Part shown: positions 46,933-61,515 of the stretch, in pieces
Numbering within the stretch: position 1 is the stretch's first letter
Layout: every line of letters begins with the position of its first letter
The notes under the pieces: generated by a model
Told to the model about the DNA's origin: nothing
Database searches by the model: none
Seen by the model: only the letters and a program-made list of their open reading frames with translations
Position numbers and translations under genes: made by a program
Assembly: GCF_009914755.1 (NCBI RefSeq)
Contig: NC_060927.1
Reading direction: 5' to 3' (one strand)
Origin: the human T2T-CHM13v2.0 reference genome, Homo sapiens
Length of the DNA: 64,000 nucleotides

Positions 46933-49188
46933 GCCTCCCCTTTTCATTGGGCTGACATTTGTCATTTGGGAAAAGCCATCCTCAGGGTTCTTTAAATTTG
47001 TAAGATATTTTGGCAACTTGCACTGTCCCCCCGGGGCTGCCAGTCACATCCTCCCCTGAAGCAGCCCCCCATGCCCAGTGGTGTGTGGTGGGAGGGGAGG
47101 TGTCGCAGGCGCACTGAGGGTGCATGAAGCCTGGTGTGCTGTTTGCTCTTTCCTTCCTCCCTCCCTCGCATGTTGTGCTGCCCTCTCCCTTTACAAATGC
47201 TGTCTCCTCTTCCCTTTTGTTCTTTTAAACAGAATATTCATGGTTTGAAGTTCATAGTCCATAGGTTGTCAGTTTCAAAGATATCAGTTGAAGAGATGTA
47301 CACTTCGAAATTCAGTTCGGTTGCTGACTTTCACAAACTCTAAGGAAGGGGGCCGTGGATGGCGTATCAGACTTGAAGCAGAATAGGGAGAGGCCCGCAG
47401 GAGGGTCTTAGGCCAGACTGTGGCCAGGAGTGTCTTCCCTGACCAACAGGCTCCTTACTGTCTTGCAGGTCTGATACATAAGTCGTGCACATTTCAGAAG
47501 GATAACTGTAGAGCCGTCTCTCTCGTGCACACTGCCTGGTCCCCTGAACACAGGCAAGCAGAGGTGCACATGCAGGCACACTTAGCATGCACACTCACAC
47601 CCCACACTCCAGCCAGAGAGGGAAGAGTGGAACCTTCCTGTGCACAGCCTTAGTGAGAATGATGTGGAAAATGATGAGAACTTTAAAAAATTAGTTCCTT
47701 CATTTGTTAAGGTCTTAAGTTGAAAAACATTGTCTGTCCCTTTAAGGAGCTGATATTTCTTTTGAGACGAACTAATAGAAGAGGGAAATAAAAATAGCAA
47801 TCCTGGGTTTTTGATAAGCCTGTGGCAGAGTTCCCATTCTGAGCATCCCAGGAGAAGCAAGGACCCCTTTTAAACTCTGTCAGAACCTGTTCCTCTTGGG
47901 TTCATTGTCACATTACTGAATTTCAGTTTTTCTGTGATATGCTGAAACCCCTTATTTTCTGTGAACTTTGTAGAATTTCCCTTTGGTCTCAGGAGGTAGC
48001 CCTTGATGCTAGAGAGGCTTCAGAACTGAGCTCTACCTTTCCCCAGATCCCCAGGGAGGAGGCCCTCGAGAAGTGAGCACATCCAGACGTGCACACATGT
48101 CCCTTAACTTTGCAGACACACTGTACAGAAAGCGTCCTTGAAGCCCCTAACCGGAAGAGCCTCATTTCTCTCTGTCGGCTCCTGGTGACACCACTGAGGG
48201 GAAAAGAGAGGCTGGCACATGCTGGCTCTGGTTCCGCTGACTGTTGCTGTTTAATGTAAAGATGCCTCCTGGTGCTGGCTGGAGTTTGCTTCCAACTCCT
48301 CTGTGTTCTCTCAGACACTTTCTGAACACTCAGGTAGTGCTAGGCACCATGCTGGGCACGGAGTGGAGTGAGGCAAGGCCCCTGCCCTCCCTGGGGTGGG
48401 GGTTGGGGGGCAGGTAAGCACCAGTCATTACAGATTCTGCATCCTGGGGCCGAGGGACAGGAGCACAGCCAGACCCTGGAGGAGGTGGAGCTGCTGAACC
48501 ACAGGGGAGCTGGTCCTCCACTGTTTCTTCCAAAGACTCATACGGACCTGCACTCCCTCTTATGTGAAAGCTGTCTGAGCTGTGGGGCAGGCAGCGAGGG
48601 TTTCTGTAGGGAAGCCTGCCTCTCTCCTCCTCGCCCTGACTCAGTCTGTCCAGCTTTTCAGCAGCCCTGCCTAAGAGGCTGTTGTCAGACATACACCACC
48701 CAGGCGTTTAGTCTCATAGGAACAGAGTGTGGTCCAAGGGGGTTTGTGGCCCGCAGGCAGGCACCACTGCTTGCCCCTCTGCTAGAGACATTCTGTTCCT
48801 CGGGGCTAGGAGGCCTGCTGCAGAGCGGTTAGTTCCTGAGACCCACAGCCCTGACTAAGCCAAGAGAACTAGCCTCCTCGCGAGAAGCGGGGGCACACTC
48901 TGCATCTGTTGAGGTCTTGCAGCACTGCCTTTACTGGATGCCTGTCAGCCTGGGCACAGCATGTCCCCAGATGTGAATTAGAAAGTGGTACTGTGTCCAT
49001 GCCCATGTCCATGGCTGCCTGCCCTCAAGTCCACCTCCAAGGAGAGCCACTGGTATTTTCTCAGGGAGGGAGCAGGTGTGGTGTCTAAAGATGGGAACCA
49101 CACATTTTTTTAAAGGGGGAAATGCTCTCTGGAACCATTGACTCCTTCCTGGTTCATTAATCCATTTTCAATCTTTGATTTCTTAAAG

Positions 49189-49233
49189 CCAACTGAAAGT
49201 GAAAATGTCCCTGTCCCAACTGCTACACCTGGG
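49189..49233 (+). CDS. CACNA1D: Exon ~32: alternatively spliced IVS3-S4 linker (PTESENVPVPTATPG)
   Basis: tcttaaag|CCAACT ... CCTGGG|gtaaga; 45 nt, phase 0-0. Confidence 0.93.
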
Positions 49234-49639
49234 GTAAGATCAGTGACTAGTCCCCAGGGGCTGGGCCTTTTCCTTAAGTTTATTTGACCATGTCGAGTTT
49301 TCCACTGGTTTTTCTGTATTCTCCATGATTGTCCTTCCAGAACAGTGTCTGCAGTGGTTTGCATTCATCATCAGTGTCCAGTACTCTTGACCAGCCCAGC
49401 GTTCTCCTCTAACACAGTAGAATACGTGGACATGCATGTGCTGTGTGGACGCAGTTTTCCGAGCTCTGTGTTGTTAGCATGTAACTCTTCCTTTCATATC
49501 ATGCTTTTTAAGATGAAAAGGCCCTAGAATCACATCTTCAGTTCTTACCTCTGTCACCTTTGCATCTGTTGCTGTTTTTCTGAAAGTGTTGCATGTTCTA
49601 CTTTCCATTGGGTTTGACCTCTCCATGATAACCCTTCAG

Positions 49640-49768
49640 AACTCTGAAGAGAGCAATAGAATCTCCATCACCTTTTTCCGTCTTTTCCGAGTGATGCGAT
49701 TGGTGAAGCTTCTCAGCAGGGGGGAAGGCATCCGGACATTGCTGTGGACTTTTATTAAGTCCTTTCAG
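49640..49768 (+). CDS. CACNA1D: Exon ~33: IVS4 ([43 protein letters not shown])
   Basis: cccttcag|AACTCT ... TTTCAG|gtaaga; 129 nt. Confidence 0.97.
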
Positions 49769-52048
49769 GTAAGAGCCATGCCAAGGACTTCTCTCTTTGT
49801 CTTTGAAGATCATATGTAAGTCAGTGATTGTCCCCATCCTAGAGGACCCAGGCTCCCCCTGTGTGGCCACTCTGTGGACCTAAATCAATAGAAAACATGG
49901 AATGCTGGAGAGACCCAAATCAGCATTTCTTGGGTCAATCACATGGGATTACTTGCCTAAAGGAAACAGAAGAGAAAGCAGGAAGGATCTGTAGCTGAGA
50001 GATCTGTAGCATTTCCAAGACTGAGAGAGGTGTGGGGCCTGCAGCCCTGCAGTGCCCCCGGGATGCCTGGTGGTGGTGGTGAGTGCCAGGTCCCAGCAGA
50101 CTGCCTGGAAGCCCAACAGCCTCTCTCTGACACCTTTTCCTCATAAGGCTACAACAGTGCTGTGTCTGTTGGCTAGTCTAGATACAAATCAGAAACCACC
50201 ACCTGGGCCAGCGCACTATCACTGGGTTATCCTGCACCTGGAAGGGTCACAGAGTTCGGGATGTTTGGGCATACACCATGTCTCATTTGTCACCTCTGAT
50301 TCTCCAGGCTGGCACAGCTCGGTTCTAGACTTTCCCAAGTAGAACCAGCTTTTCCCGTACCTGCCAGTACCCTGCCCCAGACATTCTAGCCTTCTGGACT
50401 GATTCCATTTGGAAGAGAAGGTGTGGGAAATATAGATTCTTAGTAAAAGGTGGACCCATGTAGGGAATTTGTGGATATCTACAAGCATTAGAAAGTGAAT
50501 CCTGCATCTTCATTTTTTAAATTATTTGACTATTTTTCATTCAAAAGTTATAAATGTTTACAATAACAAATGAAGCTGTCCAAAGGTATATAAAGAGAAA
50601 TTTCAAACTTGGCCCTCACCCACCCCTGGGGTAACCAGTGTTACCCTCCCAGTAAGCATTTGTCCCTAGTAGATGGGATTTTCACAGGTAAAAGGGAGAA
50701 GGGACAGCAAGCGGGGTGGTGCAGGCACTCACAAGGGAAGTCACAGATCCTGCTGGGGAGAATGACGTTGGAGGAAGGTAAAGTGGGGGCCTCAGGCAGG
50801 TGAGCCTTGAACTTGCTAAGGCACAGAATCCTCGACAGTTATTATTCATTTAAAGTACCAAAACTTGGGAACAAACTGCTATAAAAATAGATAATTCAGA
50901 GGTAATGTTATCTCACTTTTTAAAGAAATTCTTAAAGATTCAATCTGCCACAGATAAGAAAGTCATGTTCCAGAGCAGCAGTTCATAAAAGCAGAGAAAC
51001 TGTGCAAACAAAAATCGTAAACATTTGGCAATCTAGGAAGAAAATGCACGTAGGTATGTTGAGGAAAGCCTGAAACGAACTCTGTGGGACCCTGCTGAGC
51101 AGTCCAGCTGCAGGGAGGGCCAGGCTGGCAGGCACAGGTCAACAGCTGGCACAGGTCTGAAGGTGGCTGAGCACCTGTGAGCCACTGACTTTCTGACAAG
51201 CTCTCTCGGATGGTAGAGAAAGCGGGTGCTTTAAGCATGTGTTCCCAGAATTAAGCCTAACACTCTGGGCACCCTGTGCAGGTAGACGTGTTGGTCACAT
51301 GTGATGAGGTAAGACAGCAGTTGACATTCAGTGAAAGGACGGGGGATCTGTCAGACACTCGTACTTGTATTTGGTGTTTATGAAGGGAGCCACACTTGGC
51401 GACCCCCCAGCTCACTCCTTTTCTTCCCTGGCCCAGCCCCCCAACTTAGCAGTTCTTTCAGAAGGTGTACATCTTAAGAGAGGTATTTTGCATCCTACAG
51501 CCACAGCCAGAAAGTGGTTCTTCCCCTCTGACCCAGTAATTCCACTCCTAAGACTTCACCTTAAGGAAATACTTCAGCAGAAGCAAGGTGGTTTTGCATA
51601 AAGATATTCCTTTGCGACATTATCTACAATACCGCCCCCCAAAACATACCCACAAAAGAAAGTGGAAGTACTCTAAATGTCCAGTGTTCTGGAATGGTTT
51701 GATCAATTATAATTTCACCCCAAAAATCCAGTAATGAATTTAAGGATTATGAGAGTTACGTGTCTGTGTTGAAAATGTTTAGGGTTAGGCTACAGGGTTA
51801 ATGACCGTGGAAAGCACATCCTGCCTGTAATATTGTAACACTGGGCGTGCATGTGGATGGTGTCTTCAGGACTAAAGTAGTTGGGCAGGGCTGGGATTTA
51901 AACGGTTCTTCCTCACTGTCGATATTCTTTCACGGTAACACGTGGAATAGAAAGGAAGCATGTGGCCACTCATGGGTCTTCTCAGGCTGTGCCGGGCCGT
52001 CACGGGGACAGCCGGCTGGTGCTGAGCCAAGTGCCTTTTCTCTCCCAG

Positions 52049-52114
52049 GCGCTCCCGTATGTGGCCCTCCTCATAGCCATGCTGTTCTTCATCTATGCGG
52101 TCATTGGCATGCAG
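52049..52114 (+). CDS. CACNA1D: Exon ~34: IVS5 (ALPYVALLIAMLFFIYAVIGMQ)
   Basis: ctcccag|GCGCTC ... ATGCAG|gtaagc; 66 nt. Confidence 0.97.
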
Positions 52115-53801
52115 GTAAGCTCCAGCCATCTCGCCCTCAGGGGCCCTTTCACTGGGTAGCCCCAAATCTGTGGCAAGATGTACCCTGACCAAGTGAAGTA
52201 GAAGCATTGTGATTTTTCAGCCAAATGCCTCTGCTGAAGCCTAGGAAGATGAGAAAGACAAAGCTGCTTAGTAGAGAGCTCCAGGGGAGGCCCAGGCTCA
52301 GATGAATGTGGAGAGGTTAGAATGCACCAGGAAAAATTGCATGTCATGGCAGAAGAATTATGCTTTATCATAACAAAGTGAAATTCACTTGAAACTAACT
52401 ATTTCCAGATGCCAAGACTGAAGAGAGAAGCAAGTAGCCCCTCGTGGGTCTTTTCAGTCTGTGCCGAGCCGTCGCGGGAACAGAAGGCTGGTGCTGAGCC
52501 AAGTGCCTTTTGTGACCATTGTTGTGCTTTAGTAGCTCACCTTTAAAAAGAGGCATGAAACTGGGCTCTTCTGTGACCCAAGCAGAGGGGCTGCACCCTG
52601 TTTCCCAGTTCCTCCTGGGCATGGGAAAGGGACTGGGCCTGCCTAACAGAGGAGCCCTAACATCAAGTGGGCAGTGGGATGGGTTGTGGGTGGAGGGAGG
52701 CAGCCTAGTCTAAGAATGGAGGCAGTCGAAGAGCCCAGGTGGCTGTAGATCTCTGCTGGCAGGCTCCTTGCAGATTCTCCACGTGTGCAGGTGCTGTCTT
52801 TCAGGTAAAGGAGGGATGTAAGTCAGAAAGAAGTAAAGTGATTCTATGATTTTTGGGGCAGAGAAATGGTAGTGCTTTTTTCTTTTTTCTTTTTTTTTTT
52901 AAAATCCTGAAAGCATAGAAGCATTTGCAGATCTCTGGGAATCTTACCAGGAGTTATGAAACAAAAGTCAGCATACTTGAGCCTCTGTGATTCAGCAGCA
53001 CGTGGTGCTATGTGCCCTGGAAGGTCTTTTATCACATATGTTCTCATAAAAAAAAGCCATCTCAGAACTGCAAGCTGCATGGCACACACAACCCCAGATT
53101 CACCCAGCAGGCGTTTGTAAGCATCTGCAGGTTTCTCTAGAATGTCAGTCTGCTCCCTAAATCTCACAAGTAAAACTCTTTAGTACCTTCCCATTGCCCT
53201 GAAGATAAAGCCCACTCTTCTGCCCGGGGCTCACAGCCCCTGCCTGTTGCCTCCTGCCCTTGTCTCCAGCCTGGTCTTTTATCTGTCTGCTCATCACACG
53301 TTATTTTCATTCCCTCGGTATCTATGCTGTCACCCTGCTCCTATGCACATGGTGCTCCCTCCACCCGAAACACTCTTCGCCTTTCTTATCACCTGATGTA
53401 TCTTTCAGTTCTGAGTTTACATGTCACTTCCCCCTAGAGGCCTTCCCTGACCCAGCCCCCCAGCCTTCAGTAGATGAGCCTGTCTCACGCTTCCCTGTGT
53501 GTCTGGACCACCCCAGCATCATCACTGGGGTTTGATGTTGCCTGGCTACCTTTGTGTCTCCCCCAGGGGAGATCCGCGAATGTGAGACCGTGCCCCTCTG
53601 GAGCACCACGTTCCCAGTGTGTAACCTGCTGCCTGGCACATGGTTGTGCCTGGCAGATCTTTTTTGAATGAGTGAAGTGCCAGGTACCATGAGAAAACCC
53701 TAGCTGGTAAAGATCAAACCTGAGTTAGTTCTAAATTCACATACGGATTTTTTTTGCATGACGAAATCTATTCTCTTTTTCCTGACAACTTCTCCACCTA
53801 G

Positions 53802-53894
<93 letters not shown>

Positions 53895-54509
53895 TGACTG
53901 CAACTGGCTTGGGCGGTGCTCCTGGGCAGGGGGGTCCGCTAGGCGTGGGTCCAGAGGGACGGAGGACACAGGTTATTAAAGCAGTGTGCCTTTCTCAGTT
54001 GATTGTGATGGCTTTTTGTTTTTGTTTGTTCTGTATTCTTAAACACAGACCCTAGCATTTCAAACACAGGAATTTTGCTGGATTGTTAAAACTGCTGTGG
54101 TAATCCCGATTGTGGCTGGCATAAGGTTTATTCATTTGGGAGTTAGTAGGGCTACTTAGGCCACCTGAAAAATTGTAGGATGTACGTTTATGCATGGAGG
54201 CATGCACTTGAACACGACCAGGAAGACAGAAACTTAGCAAAAACGTCAAGGCCTTTTGCACAGCCAGTGGGGAACATCCTAAGATGTATGATTTCAAATT
54301 TTTTGGGATTGCTTTTAACGTCAGTTAATTAACTTTGTAAAACAAGCTGCCCTCATAGTGAGAAAACTTTCTAGAGATCATGAAGTATTTCTAATGACTC
54401 TAGTGACTGACAAGTCATTTGCAAGTTAGGTGGTTTCCAGCTCTGCCTTCAACAAAATTGAACAGAGACTTAAGTTGTTAAGTATTTTGGTCATTAAAAA
54501 TAATCAATA

Positions 54510-54790
54510 GGCCAGGTGCAGTGGCTCACGCCTGTAATCCCAGCACTTTGGGAAGCTGAGGTGGGTGGATCGCTTGAGCCCAGGAGTTCGAGACCAGCCC
54601 AGGCAACATGGCAAAACCTTGACTCTACTAAAAATACAAAAATTAGCCAGGTGTGGTGGCAACTGCCTGTAGTCCTAGCTACTGGGGAGGCTGAGCCCAG
54701 GAGGTCGAGGCTGCAGTGAGCCAAGATCACACCACTGCACTCCAGCCTGGGCAACAGAGCAAAACCTTGTCTCAAATAATAATAATAATT
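54510..54790 (+). mobile_element. Alu (J-like) with a short right-arm deletion and (TAA)n tail
   Basis: ggccaggtgcagtggctcacgcctgtaatcc...ccttgtctcaaataataat. Confidence 0.92.
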
Positions 54791-55095
54791 AATTACTGTT
54801 AATTATACAAATGTTTAAAGTAGAGAAGACACAAAAACAAGCATCCATTTATATGCAGACAGTTAGCGCGCTTGCATCAGATGATGGCTGTAAATCCAAG
54901 GGAATTGCAGCAGGACCTCCAGTTACTGTGATAAGTTGCACGTGAAAATCAGTAGGAATTTCACATTTCCATTAATTCAAATTGGATTTTCTTCAAATGA
55001 CTTAGGTTTTGCTCTAATTATGAGTTTTTCTCCCCTAAGATCTAAGCTTCAAATTCCTTCTTTCCCCCACTAAAGCCCCTTTGTTCTTCATCTGA

Positions 55096-55443
<348 letters not shown>

Positions 55444-55817
55444 TAAGCAGAGATTTGGTGCTCACTAATCGGCTTGGAGCAATTACCAATCACCTTAGCT
55501 TCTTAGGGTTCCTTTCTAAAATTTCAAAGCCAGTGCATATGGTGGTGACCTAAGAGTGTGAATTATTTGGTGATAATGAAATTATAAAACTGCAATGTGT
55601 TTCAGAAGGCCTTCCTTCCCCAGGACTTAATTAAAGCCATTCCAGAAAGCTAGAATCACACTCTTTTCTTAAACATTCTCCAAATAGAAAGTTTTTACAA
55701 CTTCTCTTGGAGACATGGGTTCCCATGTTTCATGTCCATGTCATTAGAAAGCCTGTGCTCAGTTCTAACGCAATCCAGCTGCAGCTGAAGTTCTTCCTTT
55801 CCTATTTGCTTTTTCAG

Positions 55818-55945
55818 ATCATCAATCTGTTTGTGGCTGTCATCATGGATAATTTCGACTATCTGACCCGGGACTGGTCTATTTTGGGGCCTCACCATTT
55901 AGATGAATTCAAAAGAATATGGTCAGAATATGACCCTGAGGCAAA
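55818..55945 (+). CDS. CACNA1D: Exon ~37: IVS6 and EF-hand start ([43 protein letters not shown])
   Basis: ttttcag|ATCATC ... GCAAA|gtaggt; 128 nt. Confidence 0.97.
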
Positions 55946-55949
55946 GTAG

Positions 55950-56225
<276 letters not shown>

Positions 56226-58230
56226 TAACAAACACTTGTTAAGTGACACAGCCAGGCCTTCTGTCAGTTGCTAGGGATGCAGCAATGAATAATATGTGGT
56301 TCCTACCTCTGGGGAAATCTCAGATTTGTAACTCTTTGGACACCCTCTCAGGAACCATCAGAAGAGGAAGGGAATTCTGTAATTTGTCATTGGGTGGATG
56401 GTAGAGAAGGCGACATTTCAGTCCGGTCCAGAAGGAACACAGGAGTTTGTCAGAGGCAGGGAGGGCTCAGAAGGAGGCAGGAGAATGGACATCATAATGG
56501 CAAAGGGTGAGCCATTGGGTCATCCTTTGGCTAGGACATAAGAGGAAGTCAGAAGGCCCCAGGTACAAGCTGAGCCTTCTCTGTCCTGCTGAGGTCCAGG
56601 AGAATGGGGAGGAAACGTGAATTTCAGGTTCCCATGTTAGGAAGTTGGCTGTTGGCAATGGAGAAGTAGACCTGAGGCAGGGGGATCAACCAGGAGAGCC
56701 AGAACGAAGGCAGCAGAAGTGGGAAGAGATAGGAGCAGTCGCTTGGAGATCCACTTAGGATGTGGAGTGGGGAGGACTTGGTGGCCTGGGTGAGGGGAGG
56801 GGGAGTGCTAGGAGAGCACATCTCCCAGCCTCGGCATTGGGGGACATGGTGCTCTGTGTTCCACACGTCCCCTCTGCTACAGAGCTTTGTGGCCACCACA
56901 GGAAATGGGGCCCCTTTGCTGGCACACTAGGCTCTAGTCTCTCAGGGATGGATGCAGATCTCCCAGTGCAACGCAGTTCTGTGTTTCCATGCCAGAGCAC
57001 GCTCTCAGGAACCCTCAGTGAGACTTTTCCTTCCACAGAACTCACGGTGTAGCACCTTACATTTGTTGCAGCGACAAAAAAGATTTTCCTTTTTCAAGGA
57101 AAACGCAAGGTTTGCCTCTTGAAACTCTGCCTTCTAGAAATTCATACAGTCTGCATAGCAACTAGTTCTTGCTCCTCATGGATCCAAGGAGATCCTGGGG
57201 TCAGGCGTTTTTACCACTCCAGGATGCTGAGCCAGCTCTAGACAGAAACCAAGGTAGCAGAACAGAGTCTAAAATATGTTTCAGACTCTCAAAGAAATCC
57301 CTTGAGCCAGACTCATGTTCCCTGCCCTGAAAATCCAGAAAGCCTTCTAGGCAAGGCCTTAGGGTCCTTGCCTCTCTTCAGGCCGGACTCTGGATATTGA
57401 AACAGAGCTTGACTTTTTTTTTTCCATAAACTTCCCAGTACTGGCCTCTTTTCTGCTTTCCAAGAACAGTGTGGGATCCCGTTCACTGATGTCTTCTTGT
57501 GTTTAAATTTCCAGACCCTTTTACATAAAGCTTTCAAATGTCCTTGAGGCACAGTCATCCATTTTGCTGACTCAGGAACTTACCAGGAAAAGTGAACAAA
57601 TGTCCAGGGTTCCCTGGCTGCCTGTGCTGGTTTTGAAGAGGGTGCCGGGGTTGGTAGGAGGACTAGGAATTTGGGTGGGATGGACTTATGCAGACACAAG
57701 ATTCCAAATCATCAATATGGAAGAGAAAGAAAATCTTTTCTTTTGGAACATGCTGTTAATGAAAAATAAGAAGTTTTTAAATATTATCAACATCACCATT
57801 AATTTAGTGCTTGCCATTTGCCTCACACAAAACTCTTTGTGTCCGTGAGTCCTTTAATCCTTGCAAGTTCCCATCCATTGGGCATGTCATCTGCATTTAC
57901 AGGTTGAAGTGACTGGGGTCCAGAGAGGGTGTACCTCACCCAAACCCCCTCCAACTCTCATTGCTGGTGTTAAAGGGATCAGGATATAGAAGAGGAGTGG
58001 GGAGCATGGATCCTGCTCTGAAAGACCAAAGCCTGGGAGAAGCCACATAGGCTCATGCAAAATGCCACAAGATGTACATGATGGTCTAACTAGGCAAGGT
58101 CTGAAGGACATTCCCTGAGTTGGGAATAGTAATGGATCCCGTCGGTTGAGAACCTAAGTCCCAGGCCCTGTGCCTAGCCCATTGTCTTTTACTTCCTTTA
58201 ACCCTCACAACAGCTTTAAAAACATGCTTG

Positions 58231-58372
58231 GAGCCGGGCACGGTGGCTCACACCTGTAATCCCAACATTTTGGGAGGCCAAAGCAGGAGGATCCCTTGAG
58301 GCCAGAAGTTCAAGACCAACCTGGGCAACAAAGCGAGACCTCATCTCTAAAAAAACATAACAAAACAAAAAC
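58231..58372 (+). mobile_element. Alu monomer (FLAM-like)
   Basis: gagccgggcacggtggctcacacctgtaat...gagacctcatctctaaaaaa, single arm. Confidence 0.85.
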
Positions 58373-58555
58373 AATGTGCCTGGAATGGAGGTCTGACCCT
58401 AAGATCTCCATTGAGATTAATGAAAAAAAGGAGAAGACTGTTTGAACAGTGAAGTTTCACGGTTTAAAAAACAAAACATCATCTGCGTGTTAACATTTAT
58501 ATTTCATGACTAAACCTTTGATCTTTGTCATCCCAGAGTCCCCTAAGTGGTAGGT

Positions 58556-59097
58556 TGTATTAATCAGGGTTCTCCAGAGAAACAGAGCCAATAGGATGGA
58601 TATGGAGGTGTATATGTATGTATGTGTGTGTGTGTGTGTGTATTTGTGTGTATATATGTGTATATGTATATACACACACACAGAGGTTTATCATGGGGAA
58701 TTGGCTCACGTGATCATGGAGGCTGGGAAGCCCCATGGTCTGCCATCTGCAAGCTGGACCTGGTGTTGGTGTCCACTCTGAGTAAAGTCCTGAGAACCAG
58801 GGGAGCCCATGGTGTAAGCCTCAGTCAAAGGGCAGGAGACAATTGATGTCCCAGCTTAATCAGGCCTATAGAGAGAGAATTAAATCTTCCCCCACCTTTT
58901 TGTTCTCTGTGGGCCCTCATCAACAGAATGAGGCCCACCCACATTGGGGAGGGCATTGCTTTACTCACTCTACCCACTCTACCAATTCACATGCTAATCT
59001 CATCTGGAAAAACCCTCGCAGACACACCCAGAAATCATGTTTAACCAAATTGGCATCTCGTGGCCCAGTCAACTTGACACCTAAATTAACCATCATA
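58556..59097 (-). mobile_element. MLT2-type (ERVL) solo LTR with an internal (TG)/(TA) microsatellite
   Basis: tgtattaatcagggttctccagagaaacag ... ggcccagtcaacttgacacctaaattaaccatca resembles the reverse complement of the MLT2 termini. Confidence 0.8.
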
Positions 59098-59171
59098 TGC
59101 GTACCCCCAAATGGCTGTTGAATGGAATTGAGGGTTGACTAGAAAAGAGATGAGTGATAAACGGAAAATAA

Positions 59172-59471
<300 letters not shown>

Positions 59472-60746
59472 TGAAGATGTCCATGCTGGGCTTGCTGGCT
59501 GGCCCCTGCCTCCTGTTTCCTCATCCTTTATCTCCTTCCTTTATGCTTCACTTTGTCCCAGAATGTTTTGAGTTGACTCATACTACTGCTTACTACATAG
59601 CAAGGGAAACAGGCAGGGTATCGGAGCAGAGACGAAGCCATCACAAATGAACTCACTCCAACCATCCCTAACTAGTTGTATGACCTGCAGTGAGGGATTT
59701 CACTGGTCTGAGCTGTAGTTTCTTTCCCTATGAAAAGGAAATACGGGGATGTCTAGGAGGTCCTGAGGATGAAATGAGGTGATGTCTGCAAAAGCTCCTT
59801 TGCAGTGCCTAGCACACAGTCAGCACTTGAGAAATATAGTGGGATCAGCATCTTCCCAGCTGAGAGACCAAACCAGAATGGCCTTCACAGCCATGCTCAG
59901 CCCTGGTCAAATCCTGGTAAAACAGGCACTAGAGTGTGGCCATTGGAGCTGGCTCAGTGGTGACTTCAGAGGTGGAATGGAGAGCAGATTGCAACAGGCT
60001 GAGGAGTGACCAGGAGGTGGGGGGAGGTGGGAGGTGGAGACCTCAAGGAGAGCTGACTCTCTGAGGCACTGGTGGAGGAGAGGGAAGAGGAGGCAGCAAG
60101 GGACTCATGCTGAGTGCAGGCAGGTGACTTCTTACAACCCTAGAGCCCAGGGAGACTTGATCCAGCAAAGCCAGCCTCTTCCAGCCTAACTAACAGGGGC
60201 GCCTTGTAGCATGCTTGTCTGTACCTGGCCCCAGGCCAGCATTGTTAAGGGCTCCAGAAGGCAGAATGGTCCTCTATACTGACATGTTAGTTGAAAAGAC
60301 AAGTGTCAGCTCATATAATAAAAGGCCAAGGTTATGTTGTATGGATGAGTACATATAGTAGGAATTGAGAGTCTTATTTGGGTGAAATTTAGGCTGGATC
60401 TTCAAGGAAGGAGGTACGATTTGGAACAACCCATGAAAGAGCAGAAGGCAAAGACATTCTGGGTTGGGAACAATGGAAAGCAAGTAGTAGGTCTCAGCTG
60501 TGGGAGGGCAGGATGGAATCAGAGTGGGACAGGCCTTGAATCCCAGGGTGAACCGTGTTTGTTCCCATGGTGGAGGGACTTCCCACTGGGAAGGCATGAT
60601 CGCTATTGCTGAATATAGGAAGTGTGTTTGCCCCTGACTGGGGAGAGCCTGGTGGGAGTGGAGCCCCATCAGAGGGCAGCATGTTCATCCAGGTCAGGCT
60701 GGGACAAGGCTGTGCAAGCAGAGGAGGAGCTGGGGAACAGAAATGA

Positions 60747-60905
<159 letters not shown>

Positions 60906-61454
60906 TAGTCCTTGGCCAGTGCTTTGGTTTTAATGCTAGTGTCTCCAGAAAGTCCAGAGAGTGTTTGCAAAATGCTTTATGTATCATTTAGAGCATTAAG
61001 GCCAACTGATAAAGAAAGCCCTTTGGCCATTTGGTGTGATTATTTTGGGGGTAATATGAAGAACATTCCAGACAAAGGAGAGGCTTCAGTGAAAAACCAA
61101 AACTCACATGGCTGGAGCAGGGATTTTCTTTTTGGTGGAGGAATTAATGTTTGAGGACAAGATTGTGATCTCAAAGTGAAAAGCCTATATTTTTTGTCCA
61201 AAATGAAATATTCAAAACTAGTTTCCAATTACCCTTCAGTATATTGTTGAAAATGTCCCATGAAAAATAGACAGCTTTCAGGAAATTGTATTTTTGAAAT
61301 GTTCTTATCAAGACTGAATTTACTACCGTAATTACCAAAAATGTCCTTTTAACTAACAGGCATGCTTATTTCCTTTTGTTATTTATCACAAAATAACTAA
61401 CCTTCTTTAAATTTTTATATATATAAAAAACATCTATATATATACACACATACA

Positions 61455-61512
<58 letters not shown>
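61455..61512. repeat. (TG)n(TA)n microsatellite
   Basis: Read directly. Confidence 0.95.

Positions 61513-61515
<3 letters not shown>

Noticed and set aside
49405-49432. ctctaacacagtagaatacgtggac as a possible tiny exon after exon 32
   Set aside because: The donor is very poor, the 5- or 8-nt lengths break frame, and the branch-like motif is too close to the AG
49585-49639. Upstream AG as a possible extended exon-33 acceptor
   Set aside because: The 53-nt extension is out of frame and nothing else supports it
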